Assembly: GCA_017525025.1 (NCBI GenBank)
Contig: JAFXUJ010000009.1
Coordinates: forward strand, 51,948-115,947
Direction of reading: 5' to 3'
DNA length: 64,000 nucleotides
From: Elusimicrobiaceae bacterium
Lineage (GTDB): Bacteria; Elusimicrobiota; Elusimicrobia; Elusimicrobiales; Elusimicrobiaceae
Below the pieces are notes generated by a model. The model was not told the DNA's origin. It saw nothing but the letters and a program-made list of their open reading frames with translations, and searched no databases. This document shows, piece by piece, positions 28,366 to 38,425 of this stretch (position 1 is the stretch's first letter; each line of letters opens with the position of its first letter). The translations under genes and the position numbers were made by a program.

Positions 28366-29610
28366 ATGCAACTCCCGCAAGAATTTACATCCTATGCATC
28401 CGCCCTGTTTGGCGCGGAGCGTTGGCAACGTTTTTTGCAATCGTTGGATGAGCCGGCTGCTGTAAGCGTGCGCTTTAACCCGTGGAAATTGCCCCCAAAA
28501 TCGGTTTTTTCGCAAATGACGCCCGTTCCCTGGTGCCGGGAAGGGTATTGGCTTTCCGCGCGCCCGAATTTTACATTAGATCCCCTCTTTCACGCGGGCG
28601 TTTACTACGTGCAAGAGGCGGGTTCTATGTTCTTGGACCGCGTTTTGCGCCAGTATGTTACTTCACCCGTGTTGGCCCTTGATTTATGCGCGGCCCCGGG
28701 GGGAAAATCAACCTTGATGCGCGCGGCTTTACCGGAAGGGTCTATGCTGGTCAGCAACGAGCCGGACCGCCGCCGGGCCAATGTTTTACTGGAAAATATG
28801 CTTAAACAAGGCCACCCGGACGTGCTGATTACGCATAATTACGCGCAAGATTTTGCAAAAACGAACTGGACGTTTGATGTAATCTTGGCCGATGTGCCGT
28901 GCTCCGGGGAGGGGCTTTTCCGCCGGGACGAAGGTGCTGTTGGGGAATGGAGTTTGCAAAATGTACATTTTTGCCAAAAACGCCAACGTCAAATTTTGCA
29001 AGATATTTGGCCGTGCTTGCGTAGCGGGGGAGTGCTTATTTACAGCACTTGTACATTTAACGTCCATGAAGATGAAGAAAACGTACGTTTTATAGCGGAA
29101 GAATTGGGTGCAGAAATTTTGCCCGTTTCGCTTCGTCCCGAATGGCAGATTACCGGTTCCTTGCTGGAAGGATGGGAACAACCTGTCTATCGTTTTATTC
29201 CGGGAATTACGCAAAGTGAAGGATTCTTTATTGCCGTACTTCGTAAAAAAGGCACGCCTACCGCACCGGGTATGTTGCCCGGTTCGGCCCGCCGACACGC
29301 ACAAGCGCATCGTTTAATTCACTTGTTATCAGACGGAATACCTACCCCCGAAATGAAAGGAAAGGAGCCAATTCCTTCTGCCGCGGAGGCCCTTTCGCTT
29401 CGTTTTTCACTTGCGGATTATCCACGGGTGGAATTATCTTTACAACAAGCCCAGCAGTATTTACACCGGGAGAGTTTATCTCTCCCGTCCGGAACTCCAA
29501 AAGGGTTTGTACTTGTAACTTACCAAAACTATCCGTTGGGGTTTGTAAAAAACCTGGCGGACCGTGCCAATAACCTCTATCCCAAAAACTGGGCCATCCG
29601 CCACTTATAA
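28366..29610 (+). CDS. rsmF: RsmB/RsmF/NOP family rRNA cytosine-C5 methyltransferase
   Basis: YYVQEAGSM, LDLCAAPGGKST, DVPCSGEGLFR, YSTCTFN..E.EE, GFF.A, C-terminal PUA-like GF.K...RANNLYP. Confidence 0.88.
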   Translation: MQLPQEFTSYASALFGAERWQRFLQSLDEPAAVSVRFNPWKLPPKSVFSQMTPVPWCREGYWLSARPNFTLDPLFHAGVYYVQEAGSMFLDRVLRQYVTSPVLALDLCAAPGGKSTLMRAALPEGSMLVSNEPDRRRANVLLENMLKQGHPDVLITHNYAQDFAKTNWTFDVILADVPCSGEGLFRRDEGAVGEWSLQNVHFCQKRQRQILQDIWPCLRSGGVLIYSTCTFNVHEDEENVRFIAEELGAEILPVSLRPEWQITGSLLEGWEQPVYRFIPGITQSEGFFIAVLRKKGTPTAPGMLPGSARRHAQAHRLIHLLSDGIPTPEMKGKEPIPSAAEALSLRFSLADYPRVELSLQQAQQYLHRESLSLPSGTPKGFVLVTYQNYPLGFVKNLADRANNLYPKNWAIRHL

Positions 29611-29673
29611 CCGTAAGAATTAGGGCGCGTATTTTATACAATATAAGGGAGCGCTTGGTAACCCGGAGTATTT

Positions 29674-30489
29674 GTGGAACAAAAATTTTCTGTATTACTT
29701 AGTGTCTACGCGAAAGACCGACCGGCTTGGTTGAAACAATCGTTGCAAAGTATTTTATCCAATACCGTTCAACCGACCGAAGTGGTTGTCATGGTAGATG
29801 GACCTATCGGTGAGGATATTCAAAAGGTCTTGGCAGAGATCGCCCAAAATCCAACCGTTCGCGTTTTGTCGCTTCCCGTTAATGGCGGGCGCGGGACGGC
29901 CTTGGCTTACGCCGTGCCGAAGTGTGCGTATGATTTAATTGCACTCATGGACGCAGATGATGTCTGCCGTCCGGAGCGTTTTGAAAAACAATTGGCCGCC
30001 TTTGAGACTTGCCCGGATTTGGCCGTGGTCGGGGGGCAAGTGCAAGAGGTGGAGGCAGATAGTTTGGTTCCGCTGGGGAAACGGTGCGTACCGTTAACCC
30101 ATAGCGAAATTTGCCAACGTCTCAAAACCCGCATGCCGTTTAACAACCAAACGGTCATGTTTAAAAAAGCTGCGGTTCTGGATAGCGGAAATTTCAAGCC
30201 GCTGGATTTACTGGAAGATTATTATATGTGGGCCCGGGTAATCGCCCGGGGATACCAAACGGCGAATGTGCCGGCTGTTTTGGCGGATATGCGTGTGGAT
30301 TCGGACCTGTACGGTCGGCGGGGCGGGTGGCGGTATTTTTGTATGAATAAAGCCCTGTTTGACCAAATGCGGCGGTTGCGTTTGCTTAATATGTGGGAAT
30401 ATGGGTATACGCTCGCTATTCGGTTTGTGGTGCAAGTTTTACTTCCTAACTCCGTACGGAGTTGGTTTTATAGAACGATTTTGCGCTGA
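29674..30489 (+). CDS. Glycosyltransferase family 2 (AmsE-like)
   Basis: FSVLLSVY.KD, MDADD...P.RFEKQL, EDY..W.R; GTG start after GGAG. Confidence 0.9.
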   Translation: MEQKFSVLLSVYAKDRPAWLKQSLQSILSNTVQPTEVVVMVDGPIGEDIQKVLAEIAQNPTVRVLSLPVNGGRGTALAYAVPKCAYDLIALMDADDVCRPERFEKQLAAFETCPDLAVVGGQVQEVEADSLVPLGKRCVPLTHSEICQRLKTRMPFNNQTVMFKKAAVLDSGNFKPLDLLEDYYMWARVIARGYQTANVPAVLADMRVDSDLYGRRGGWRYFCMNKALFDQMRRLRLLNMWEYGYTLAIRFVVQVLLPNSVRSWFYRTILR

Positions 30490-30491
30490 TT

Positions 30492-31556
30492 ATGAAAATG
30501 CTGGTACAAAAAGGGTTAAATTTTTTATATCGTTTCCGCTCTGAGCAGCCCGGACCGGTACAGCGCGTGTTGTTGCTGTTTCCCAGCGGGGCCGTAGGCG
30601 ATACGGTAATAGAAACCTTTTTCATACACGAAATTAAAAAATTATATCCGCAGGCACAATTAGAAGTGGCCATGTTGGCCCCTTATGCCCTATTGCTAAA
30701 AGACAACCCCGATGTCAGCCGTATTTATAAAATGCCGGTTTTTCCTCTTAAAAAATTGATTTGGTTAACTTGGAAAGTGTTTTTCTTCCGGACCCGGCAT
30801 TACGATTTGCTCTTGGATTTGCCGCATAACGGGTATGCACCGTTTCGCCAGCTTTGGTTGTATTTTATAAGAGCCGCTAAGACGTTAAGTTGTAATGCAA
30901 TCGGATATGATTTTATTACTTATCCGCTTTCCTGGACGGAAGGAGTGCCAAGGCACATTACACAGGAAGTGTATGTAAAAGCGCTCAAATTGCTGGGTGC
31001 GGCAGGTCCGTTTGATGTGAAATATTATTTATCTTTGCCGCAAACCGCGGTTGAAGTGGCTAAAAAATTCTTGGCGGACACGTATCCTGCTTCTTCAAAA
31101 ATACTTTTACTAAATCCCGAAGGATCCCAACAACCCCGCACTTTAACTGTTCAGCGTACGCGCGAGCTCGCGCAGCTGCTTGTGCAACAAACCATTTATA
31201 AAGTGGTGGTACTTTCTCATAAACAAACATATACCGCTTTGCCCCAAAGAGTGCATGTTTTTCGCTCGGCTGATTTGTTGGAAACGGCGGCGCTCGTTTC
31301 GTTAGTTGATTATGTGGTAACCGTGGATACCGGCATTTTACATATAGCAGATGCCTTTAATAAACCCATGACGGCATTGTTTTCGGAAGCTAATAGAGAC
31401 GATTCGCCCCGCCCGTATGTGGAATATGTATGGGGGAGCAAAAATCCGCAGACGCGTTGTTTTAAGGCGCGTTATAGTGTTAATGATATTAAACCGGCTG
31501 CCATAACGTCTATTTTAAAAGACAGGGAGGAAACATGTTTACCCGCAATGCGTTGA
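30492..31556 (+). CDS. Glycosyltransferase family 9 (heptosyltransferase-like)
   Basis: GAVGDTV, L.LNPEGS...R, DYVVTVDTGILHIA.AF.KP. Confidence 0.85.
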   Translation: MKMLVQKGLNFLYRFRSEQPGPVQRVLLLFPSGAVGDTVIETFFIHEIKKLYPQAQLEVAMLAPYALLLKDNPDVSRIYKMPVFPLKKLIWLTWKVFFFRTRHYDLLLDLPHNGYAPFRQLWLYFIRAAKTLSCNAIGYDFITYPLSWTEGVPRHITQEVYVKALKLLGAAGPFDVKYYLSLPQTAVEVAKKFLADTYPASSKILLLNPEGSQQPRTLTVQRTRELAQLLVQQTIYKVVVLSHKQTYTALPQRVHVFRSADLLETAALVSLVDYVVTVDTGILHIADAFNKPMTALFSEANRDDSPRPYVEYVWGSKNPQTRCFKARYSVNDIKPAAITSILKDREETCLPAMR

Positions 31557-32689
31557 CAATGTTTGCCCTTTCTGTGATGTTTATATTTAGCACGGCGGTA
31601 ATTTCTTTTTATTCGGCACACGAGGTGTTGATTCGGGCGCTAAGCTTAATTTTGCTGGCGATGAACGTGCTTCTTTTTATAGTTAATTACCGGGAGATTC
31701 AGAAACATAAAATTTTATTTTTATTGATGTTAGTGGCCTGTTTCTTCCCGTTTGCAACCGTCGCTGCGGGGTTTTATGAAAGTCAGCGATTTATAGACAA
31801 TATGGCCTCTGCCATTCACATGTATAATGTCATTCTTTTTATCGGGATATCACCCGCTATTTATTTATCGGACAGACAAATCAAATTTCTTTTGCTGATT
31901 CCGGTGATTGGTTTAATTTGGCTGGTCGCTTACTACCATACATTTGAATTTGCTTTTTTACCGTTTTTTTGGCCGCCGAATGATCTGGCTAAGGCTTACT
32001 TTTATATGTTTATGTGTTTGATTTTATGGCATTATCTCCGGGGATCTAACAGGGGATGGATGTTCTTGTGGTTTACTGTCTCGTTTATATTATCTTATAA
32101 GATAGAGTGCCGTTCTACCTTGATGGCCGGTATCTTTTTTGCCTTGTTATGTTGTTGTGACCGTTGGTTCAAACGGCCTTTATTGTATAAAAGTTTAATG
32201 AACGGTTTATTGGTAGGCGGGATTGTATTTGCGGCTATGTATGTTTATTTATATTTGAGCTTTTTTCGTATGGATTTGTCCTGGGCGTTTCACCAAGCCG
32301 GGAAAGGGGTGTTTTCCGGCCGGGAAACGATTTGGTTGGAATTATTTAGAGGGTTGCAACAGCATCCTTTTTTAGGCTTGGGGAGAGAAGCTTTGGCGTG
32401 GAGCGTTACCTGGAATACAGGAGATACGCACAATAGTTCCATGTACGTGCTTTGCTTGTTTGGCATTCCTGTTTTTGTTATTTGTTTGTTTTTATTCAAC
32501 AAAGCTTTTTCCTGTTTTCAAGAAGTGATAGAGAAAGATATCGTTTCCCGTCGGGCTTTTGATGCTTTTTTGTCCATGTTGTTGTTGGGGTTTTTTGAAA
32601 GCAACGTGGTAACTACTCCGTTTATGGTTTTTACCTTTTTCATGTTTTTTATCATTAATTCCCGTTACAAAAGCAGGAGTAAAGTATGA
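31535..32689 (+). CDS. O-antigen polymerase/ligase family (Wzy/WaaL-like) membrane protein
   Basis: About 10 TM segments, SGRETIW...F..HPFLGLG, HNS motif. Confidence 0.8.
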   Translation: MFTRNALTMFALSVMFIFSTAVISFYSAHEVLIRALSLILLAMNVLLFIVNYREIQKHKILFLLMLVACFFPFATVAAGFYESQRFIDNMASAIHMYNVILFIGISPAIYLSDRQIKFLLLIPVIGLIWLVAYYHTFEFAFLPFFWPPNDLAKAYFYMFMCLILWHYLRGSNRGWMFLWFTVSFILSYKIECRSTLMAGIFFALLCCCDRWFKRPLLYKSLMNGLLVGGIVFAAMYVYLYLSFFRMDLSWAFHQAGKGVFSGRETIWLELFRGLQQHPFLGLGREALAWSVTWNTGDTHNSSMYVLCLFGIPVFVICLFLFNKAFSCFQEVIEKDIVSRRAFDAFLSMLLLGFFESNVVTTPFMVFTFFMFFIINSRYKSRSKV

Positions 32690-33702
32690 ACGATCCTCTC
32701 ATTTCCGTTATTATCCCTGTTTACCGGGTGGAAGCCTACTTAAAACGTTGTGTGGATAGTGTGTTGGCACAAACTTATCCCCGGTTGCAAGTGATTTTGG
32801 TGGATGACGGTTCTGCGGATAATTGCCCCAACATTTGTGATAAATATGCGGCCATGGACGGGCGCGTTGAAGTCATCCATCAAGCTAATGCGGGCGTATC
32901 TAATGCCCGCAATAAAGGGTTAAAAATGGCCAAGGGAGAGTATATATTGTTTATTGATTCGGACGATTATATAGCCCCTGATATGTGTGAAAAATTGCTA
33001 GCCCTCATTAAACAAGAACAAGCGGATATGGCCGTCTGTAATATTACCTATACATATCCTCATAAATCCGATTTTACACCGAGCCCGGTTTTTAAAACCC
33101 CCGGCACCCGGATTTCTTCTGAGCAGGCCCTCGTTCTGGCAATTACCGAACATTCGTTCGGGGATACCGGCATATGGAATAAATTATTTGCTCGGGAACT
33201 GCTAACGGATTTTTCTTTTAAAGAGGGGATGCGCTCGGAAGATTTTTGGGCGTTATGCGATTTGTTCCCCAAGGCTCCTAAGATTGTTTATACGCCCCAA
33301 TCGTTTTATTATTATTTCCAAAATCCGGCCGGAGTTACGGCCAGCCGCAATTTACGGGCCCGTATAGATTCGTATCAGGCGGTTAAACACTTTATAGAAG
33401 TGTGCCGTCGGCAGGATTATCAGGCGGCGCTTAAGGCCGTGGAGTACCGATATCTTGACGCAGCCGTCGTGGCGGCTTTTTTGATTTTACTTTGCGACAA
33501 AAAAGAAAATTATAAGGATGTTTTCAATGAAATCGTAGAATTGGGTAAAATGAGTAAAGAAAAGATAAAGCGTTCTAAATTATCTTATTCTAAAAAATGG
33601 TTTTTTAAGTTAGTGTTATTATGCCCGGGACTAACGAAAGCGATCTTGCGCTTTCCCATTATTCATTGGGGGCTAACAAAATTATGGCGGGCCGAAGCGT
33701 AA
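32686..33702 (+). CDS. Glycosyltransferase family 2
   Basis: ISVIIPVY.VE.YL.RC.DS, LVDDGS.D, G.S.ARN.GL, FIDSDD. Confidence 0.93.
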   Translation: MNDPLISVIIPVYRVEAYLKRCVDSVLAQTYPRLQVILVDDGSADNCPNICDKYAAMDGRVEVIHQANAGVSNARNKGLKMAKGEYILFIDSDDYIAPDMCEKLLALIKQEQADMAVCNITYTYPHKSDFTPSPVFKTPGTRISSEQALVLAITEHSFGDTGIWNKLFARELLTDFSFKEGMRSEDFWALCDLFPKAPKIVYTPQSFYYYFQNPAGVTASRNLRARIDSYQAVKHFIEVCRRQDYQAALKAVEYRYLDAAVVAAFLILLCDKKENYKDVFNEIVELGKMSKEKIKRSKLSYSKKWFFKLVLLCPGLTKAILRFPIIHWGLTKLWRAEA

Positions 33703-33707
33703 ACAAA

Positions 33708-34805
33708 ATGAAAGTTCTACATATTTTAGAGGGATTATTTGCCGGTGGAACGGAGAATGTGGTGATGAATTGGAATCGCCACATGGAGCACCCTTTGTTT
33801 CAGTTTGATTTCTTGGTCAATAATACGCAGCCCATTTATTACGAGGAAGAAATAAAAAAACTGGGGGGGAAAATTCTGGCAGTTCCCCAACGCAAGGCGG
33901 GCATAAAATCCATTTTAAGCTATACGCATGCGGTGTACCGGACTTTGAAGAAAAACCATTATGATGCTGTAGTGTCTCACATGGGGTATATTGCGGGATT
34001 TGAATTGCTAGCCGCCCGGTTGGCGGGAGTACGTAGACGTATTGCGGTAGCACACATGGGGTATTACTATGACACCAACCGAATAAAAATTGGGCTCTAT
34101 AAATTTCTTATTTGGTTATTCGCTACGGATAACTGGGCGGTTTCACAAGCGGCCGGAAAGATGCTGTTTTGGTCCCGGTTTACGGTCATTAAAAACGGTA
34201 TTGATTTAAATAGATTTTCATTTAAAGAGGATACCCGGCGGAAAATACGGGCACAACTCGGTTGGCAAGACGCTTGGATTATCGGAATGGTGGGACGTTT
34301 GGCAGAAGAAAAAAATCATTTATTTTTGTTAAATGTTTTTAAATCTCTCTCAACCGATTTTCCAACGATGCGGTTACTTATTATCGGTTCGGGGCGTTTG
34401 CAAAATATGATTGAGAAACAAATTAAGAACTTGCATCTTGAGGAGAAGGTCAAAATGGCGGGGACTGTTTCTCATGTAGAAGATTTTTACGCTGCCATGG
34501 ATTGCTTGGTCTTGCCTTCTAAGTATGAGGGGGCCCCGTTAACGCCCGTGGAGGCCCAAGCGGAGGGTTTGCCGGTATTGATATCCGAAGCAGTTCCCGG
34601 TGAGGTTAAAATCATTAACACGCAACAATTGCCGCTAGAAGATGCTTCTTTGTGGGAAAAATCGTTGGCAAATCTTTTTCAGGCAGCACCAGAACGCAAC
34701 TTTTCTCACGCACAAGAAGCACTCCGCCAAGCTGGTTTTGACATTTGCGTAGAAGTGAAACGAATTGAGAAATTGTTGCAGGAATTTGAAGATGCAAATA
34801 AATAA
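33708..34805 (+). CDS. Glycosyltransferase family 4 (EpsF-like)
   Basis: GGTE.VVMN, I.NGID...F.F, G.VGRL..EKNH, LVLPS.YEG.P...VEAQA.GLP. Confidence 0.9.
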   Translation: MKVLHILEGLFAGGTENVVMNWNRHMEHPLFQFDFLVNNTQPIYYEEEIKKLGGKILAVPQRKAGIKSILSYTHAVYRTLKKNHYDAVVSHMGYIAGFELLAARLAGVRRRIAVAHMGYYYDTNRIKIGLYKFLIWLFATDNWAVSQAAGKMLFWSRFTVIKNGIDLNRFSFKEDTRRKIRAQLGWQDAWIIGMVGRLAEEKNHLFLLNVFKSLSTDFPTMRLLIIGSGRLQNMIEKQIKNLHLEEKVKMAGTVSHVEDFYAAMDCLVLPSKYEGAPLTPVEAQAEGLPVLISEAVPGEVKIINTQQLPLEDASLWEKSLANLFQAAPERNFSHAQEALRQAGFDICVEVKRIEKLLQEFEDANK

Positions 34806-36030
34806 TAAGCAAAGTAAATTTATCAAAAACACATGCATGCTCTACTTGCTGAGCGCGGCAAAAATGTTGTTTCCGTTTTTGACATTTCCGTACTTGACGC
34901 GGGTATTGTCGGTAGATGGGTATGCGTTACTTGCTTATGTAAAGGCCGCCATGTCGTATATGCAAATGTGGGTAGATTTTGGCTTTATGCTCTCGGCTAC
35001 CAAAGACATTGCCCGAGCGGGACGTAATATCCCGCTGATTAACCAAATTGTTACCAATACCATACTGGCCCGTGTTTTGCTGGGCGTAACGGGAGCAGCG
35101 GCGTTGGCGTTTTTAAGTGCGCTTATTCCTCTTTTAAGGCAGAATTTACTGTTTGTGTGGCTTTCTTACGTGGCGATATTTTTGTCATGTTTTATGACAG
35201 ATTATTTATTCCGCGGAATCGAGCAAATGCACGAAATTACCATTCGTTTCGTAACCATGAAAGGCATTTCTACCGCGCTTACGTTTGTGGTGGTTCACTC
35301 GGATGCGGATTTGTTATATATCCCGATTTTGGATATTGTAAGCTCCGCCGTGGCGCTGATTTTAATTTATTTCCAATTTGGCAAATACAACGTGCGTTTA
35401 ATAAAGCCCTCTCTTAGGCGTGCCTGGGAATATTTAAAAGAGTCGGCGGAATATTTTATGTCCCACGTGGCTACGACGGCATTTGGGGCCCTAAATACGC
35501 TTTTAATCGGCATTTTCTTGCCGGAAGCGGACATTGCCATGTGGTCTGTTGCGTTGCAACTGATTTTGGTTATTCAAATGTGTTACGGACCGATTTTAGA
35601 CGTCATTTATCCTGAAATGATGCTTCACAAAAGCTTGGGGCTTATTAAAAAACTATTCCTCATTTTTATGCCGCTTGTAGGAGCGGGTTGTGTTATTTGC
35701 TACTGGGGCGCCCCTTTGCTGATAACCATAGCCGCGGGAGATAAATATATGGCAGCTGTGCCTATTTTCCGTTTGCTGCTTCCGGTGTTGTTTTTGGGGT
35801 TCCCGGCCATGCTTTGCGGGTGGTCTACCTTGGGAGCGATCGGCAAAATCCGGCAGACGACCTTAACGACGGTCATTTCAGCCTGTACGCAATGTGCCGG
35901 GCTTGGAATTTTGATTTTAGGTGGTATGTTTACCGTGCCGATGGTGGCGGTGGTGCGCGATATAACAGAAAGCGTCTTGCTTGGCACGCGGGTTAGTTTG
36001 GTTATTAAATACCGCAAAGAATTCTCTTAG
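34792..36030 (+). CDS. wzx: Oligosaccharide flippase
   Basis: FPFLTFPYLTRVL, DFGF...AT..IA, DYLFRG.E.M; about 12 TM segments. Confidence 0.88.
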   Translation: MQINNKQSKFIKNTCMLYLLSAAKMLFPFLTFPYLTRVLSVDGYALLAYVKAAMSYMQMWVDFGFMLSATKDIARAGRNIPLINQIVTNTILARVLLGVTGAAALAFLSALIPLLRQNLLFVWLSYVAIFLSCFMTDYLFRGIEQMHEITIRFVTMKGISTALTFVVVHSDADLLYIPILDIVSSAVALILIYFQFGKYNVRLIKPSLRRAWEYLKESAEYFMSHVATTAFGALNTLLIGIFLPEADIAMWSVALQLILVIQMCYGPILDVIYPEMMLHKSLGLIKKLFLIFMPLVGAGCVICYWGAPLLITIAAGDKYMAAVPIFRLLLPVLFLGFPAMLCGWSTLGAIGKIRQTTLTTVISACTQCAGLGILILGGMFTVPMVAVVRDITESVLLGTRVSLVIKYRKEFS

Positions 36031-36039
36031 GAAAATTGT

Positions 36040-36828
36040 ATGGAAATAACGACGGAAACTGTCAAAAAACTTCAACGCATTGAATTGAAAATGCTGGAAA
36101 TTTTTGTTCACATTTGTGAAAAAGAGCATTTACGGTATTATTTGTTGGGGGGCACGTTGTTGGGGGCGGTGCGCCACCGGGGGTTTATTCCGTGGGATGA
36201 CGATGTGGATGTGGGAATGCCACGGGCCGATTACGAACGGTTTTTGAGCTGTGCCTGCGGCTACTTGCCCCACGAATATCTTTTGCAAACGTATAAAACG
36301 GACAAAGATTATCCGTTTCCGTATGCTAAATTGCGTGATACGCGCACGGTTTACCAGGAAAAAGAATTGGTAAATTTAAAAATGAATCACGGGGTGTGGA
36401 TAGATATATTCCCGCTTGATTATATGCCGGCCAATCCTTTTTGGTTTTATATCAAATTTCGCTTTTTTGAGAAACGAACCCGTTGCCGTTTTGTCATCAA
36501 AACCACGCTGAAACAAAAGTTTTATCAACTACTTTCACGCTTCGTTTGCCCGTCTTGGCACCAAGCCGTTAAACGGCTGGACGAATTGATGCATGCCGGG
36601 CGTCAAAATACGGCCTTAACAGCCAATTTCTGCGGCTCTTGGGGGAAAAAAGAAATTACCCCTACGGAATGGTATGGCGAAGGCGCCAGGCTTGAATTTG
36701 AACATCTGAAGGTAAAAGGGCCGATACAATATCATAAGTGGCTTACGCAGGTATACGGCGATTATATGCAATTGCCCCCGGAAGAAAAACGGGGAGTGCG
36801 TCATAACCCGGCGAACGTCAAACTGTAA
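36040..36828 (+). CDS. LicD family phosphotransferase
   Basis: YYL.GGTLLGAVRH.GFIPWDDD.D.GMPR.DY, IDIFPLD, L...YGDYM.LPP. Confidence 0.93.
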   Translation: MEITTETVKKLQRIELKMLEIFVHICEKEHLRYYLLGGTLLGAVRHRGFIPWDDDVDVGMPRADYERFLSCACGYLPHEYLLQTYKTDKDYPFPYAKLRDTRTVYQEKELVNLKMNHGVWIDIFPLDYMPANPFWFYIKFRFFEKRTRCRFVIKTTLKQKFYQLLSRFVCPSWHQAVKRLDELMHAGRQNTALTANFCGSWGKKEITPTEWYGEGARLEFEHLKVKGPIQYHKWLTQVYGDYMQLPPEEKRGVRHNPANVKL

Positions 36829-36837
36829 GGAGTCAAT

Positions 36838-37242
36838 ATGAAACGAGTTATTACCTATGGTACATTTGATTTGCTGCACTACGGACATATTAATTTATTA
36901 AAGCGGGCCAAAGCATTGGGAGATTATTTGATTGTGGCTTTGTCTACCGACGAGTTTAATGCGCTTAAAAATAAAAAATGCTATTTTTCGTACGAGAAGC
37001 GAAAGGCTTTGTTGGAAGCAATCCGATATGTGGATTTGGTTATCGCGGAAACTTCGTGGGAGCAAAAACGTTCGGATATGCATCAGTTTTGTATCAGTAC
37101 TTTTGTGATGGGGGACGATTGGAAAGGAAAATTTGATTTTCTTGAAGAAGAGGGGGTGGAAGTCGTATATTTACCTCGTACCCCGGAAATCAGCACCACG
37201 CGCATCAAGGAAGATTTGGAGTTGCTGAAAAATAAAGAATAA
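36838..37242 (+). CDS. tagD: Glycerol-3-phosphate cytidylyltransferase
   Basis: ITYGTFDLLHYGHINLLKRAK, ALSTDEFN..K.K, WEQK..D, FVMGDDW.GKFDFL, LPRTPEISTT. Confidence 0.95.
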   Translation: MKRVITYGTFDLLHYGHINLLKRAKALGDYLIVALSTDEFNALKNKKCYFSYEKRKALLEAIRYVDLVIAETSWEQKRSDMHQFCISTFVMGDDWKGKFDFLEEEGVEVVYLPRTPEISTTRIKEDLELLKNKE

Positions 37243-37253
37243 AGGAATCTTTT

Positions 37254-38237
37254 ATGTTACAAAATCCTCTGATTTCGGTTATTGTTCCTGTTTATAAAGT
37301 AGAAAAATACTTGTCTTGTTGTCTGGACAGTATTATTGGACAGACGTATTCTAACTTGGAAATTATTTTAGTGGATGACGGATCCCCCGATACTTGTGGC
37401 CAAATTTGTGAGGAATATGCCAGAAAAGATAGTCGTATTCGGGTGATACATCAGGAAAATCAAGGGCTGTCCGGGGCTCGTAACGCCGGATTGCGCGTGG
37501 CCCGGGGCAGTTATATCGGGTTTGTGGACTCCGATGACTATATTGATCCGGATATGTACGAATATCTGTATCAACTGATTTGTAAGGATCAAGCCGATAT
37601 TGCTATGTGTAATATATGTGAAGATAAAGGTTTTCGCTCCGCTCAATCTACGAATGTTCCGTATACGTTGATGAAGTTTGTTGATTTGTTCCAATTGGCA
37701 GATTGGATGTATGTTTGGAACAAGTTGTATAAAAAAGAAATTCTCTCTTCAGTGCAATTTAATACAACCACTTCTTTTGGGGAAGATGAACTGTTTAATT
37801 TTGAAATAGCCAAGCAAGAGCCTACTGTTGCCGTCGGGGGGGAAGCGAAATATCACTATTGTTGCCGTTTCATTGCCGACCGATTAACACGAACGTTCCA
37901 GTCAACGCACTTAAATAAAATTATTTTGGCCGAAGAATGCCTAAAATACGCCCAAGCGCATCATTGGACTGTTTATTGCCGGTACCACCCTGCTCGTGTC
38001 CAATTCAGGCAGGCAAGTAACTTTTTAATACAGTTGGCGCGGACGGCTGATCCCCGGCGGGAGGATGTTTCGTTTTTGACGAATTATTTAAAGCAGCACC
38101 TTGGGCCGTTTTTACAAGCCAAAACCATTACCAAACGTCGTAAAATGTTTGTCCTGGCAGCGTGTGTTAATTTTAATTTGGCCCGCAATATGTTGCGTTT
38201 TGTTGATCATTTAAAAGGGAGTGACGCCGCAAAATAA
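37254..38237 (+). CDS. Glycosyltransferase family 2
   Basis: ISVIVPVYKVEKYL..C.DS, LVDDGSPD, GLSGARN.GL, FVDSDD. Confidence 0.93.
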   Translation: MLQNPLISVIVPVYKVEKYLSCCLDSIIGQTYSNLEIILVDDGSPDTCGQICEEYARKDSRIRVIHQENQGLSGARNAGLRVARGSYIGFVDSDDYIDPDMYEYLYQLICKDQADIAMCNICEDKGFRSAQSTNVPYTLMKFVDLFQLADWMYVWNKLYKKEILSSVQFNTTTSFGEDELFNFEIAKQEPTVAVGGEAKYHYCCRFIADRLTRTFQSTHLNKIILAEECLKYAQAHHWTVYCRYHPARVQFRQASNFLIQLARTADPRREDVSFLTNYLKQHLGPFLQAKTITKRRKMFVLAACVNFNLARNMLRFVDHLKGSDAAK

Positions 38238-38356
38238 GTAGTACCCGCGGGACTCCTGTTATGAAATTAGGTCGCAGGAAATTAAGAATTATATATTTCT
38301 TGCGATTGGGAATGGACACTTACCTATTATCTTAGCAATTCTTTTTGTGACCGGGA

Positions 38357-38386
38357 CAAAAGGCCTATTTGCATATAGGTCTTTTG
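38357..38386 (+). terminator. Probable terminator closing the polysaccharide locus
   Basis: CAAAAGGCCTAT / ATAGGTCTTTTG stem; a second hairpin TCGCAGGAAAT/ATTTCTTGCGA lies at 38272-38305. Confidence 0.6.
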
Positions 38387-38425
38387 ACTCTTGTTTAAGA
38401 CGTCCAGATGCCGTACACTAATAGT

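Noticed and set aside
38261-38335. 24-codon ORF MKLGRRKLRIIYFLRLGMDTYLLS
   Set aside because: No SD, overlaps a hairpin, and has no supporting promoter
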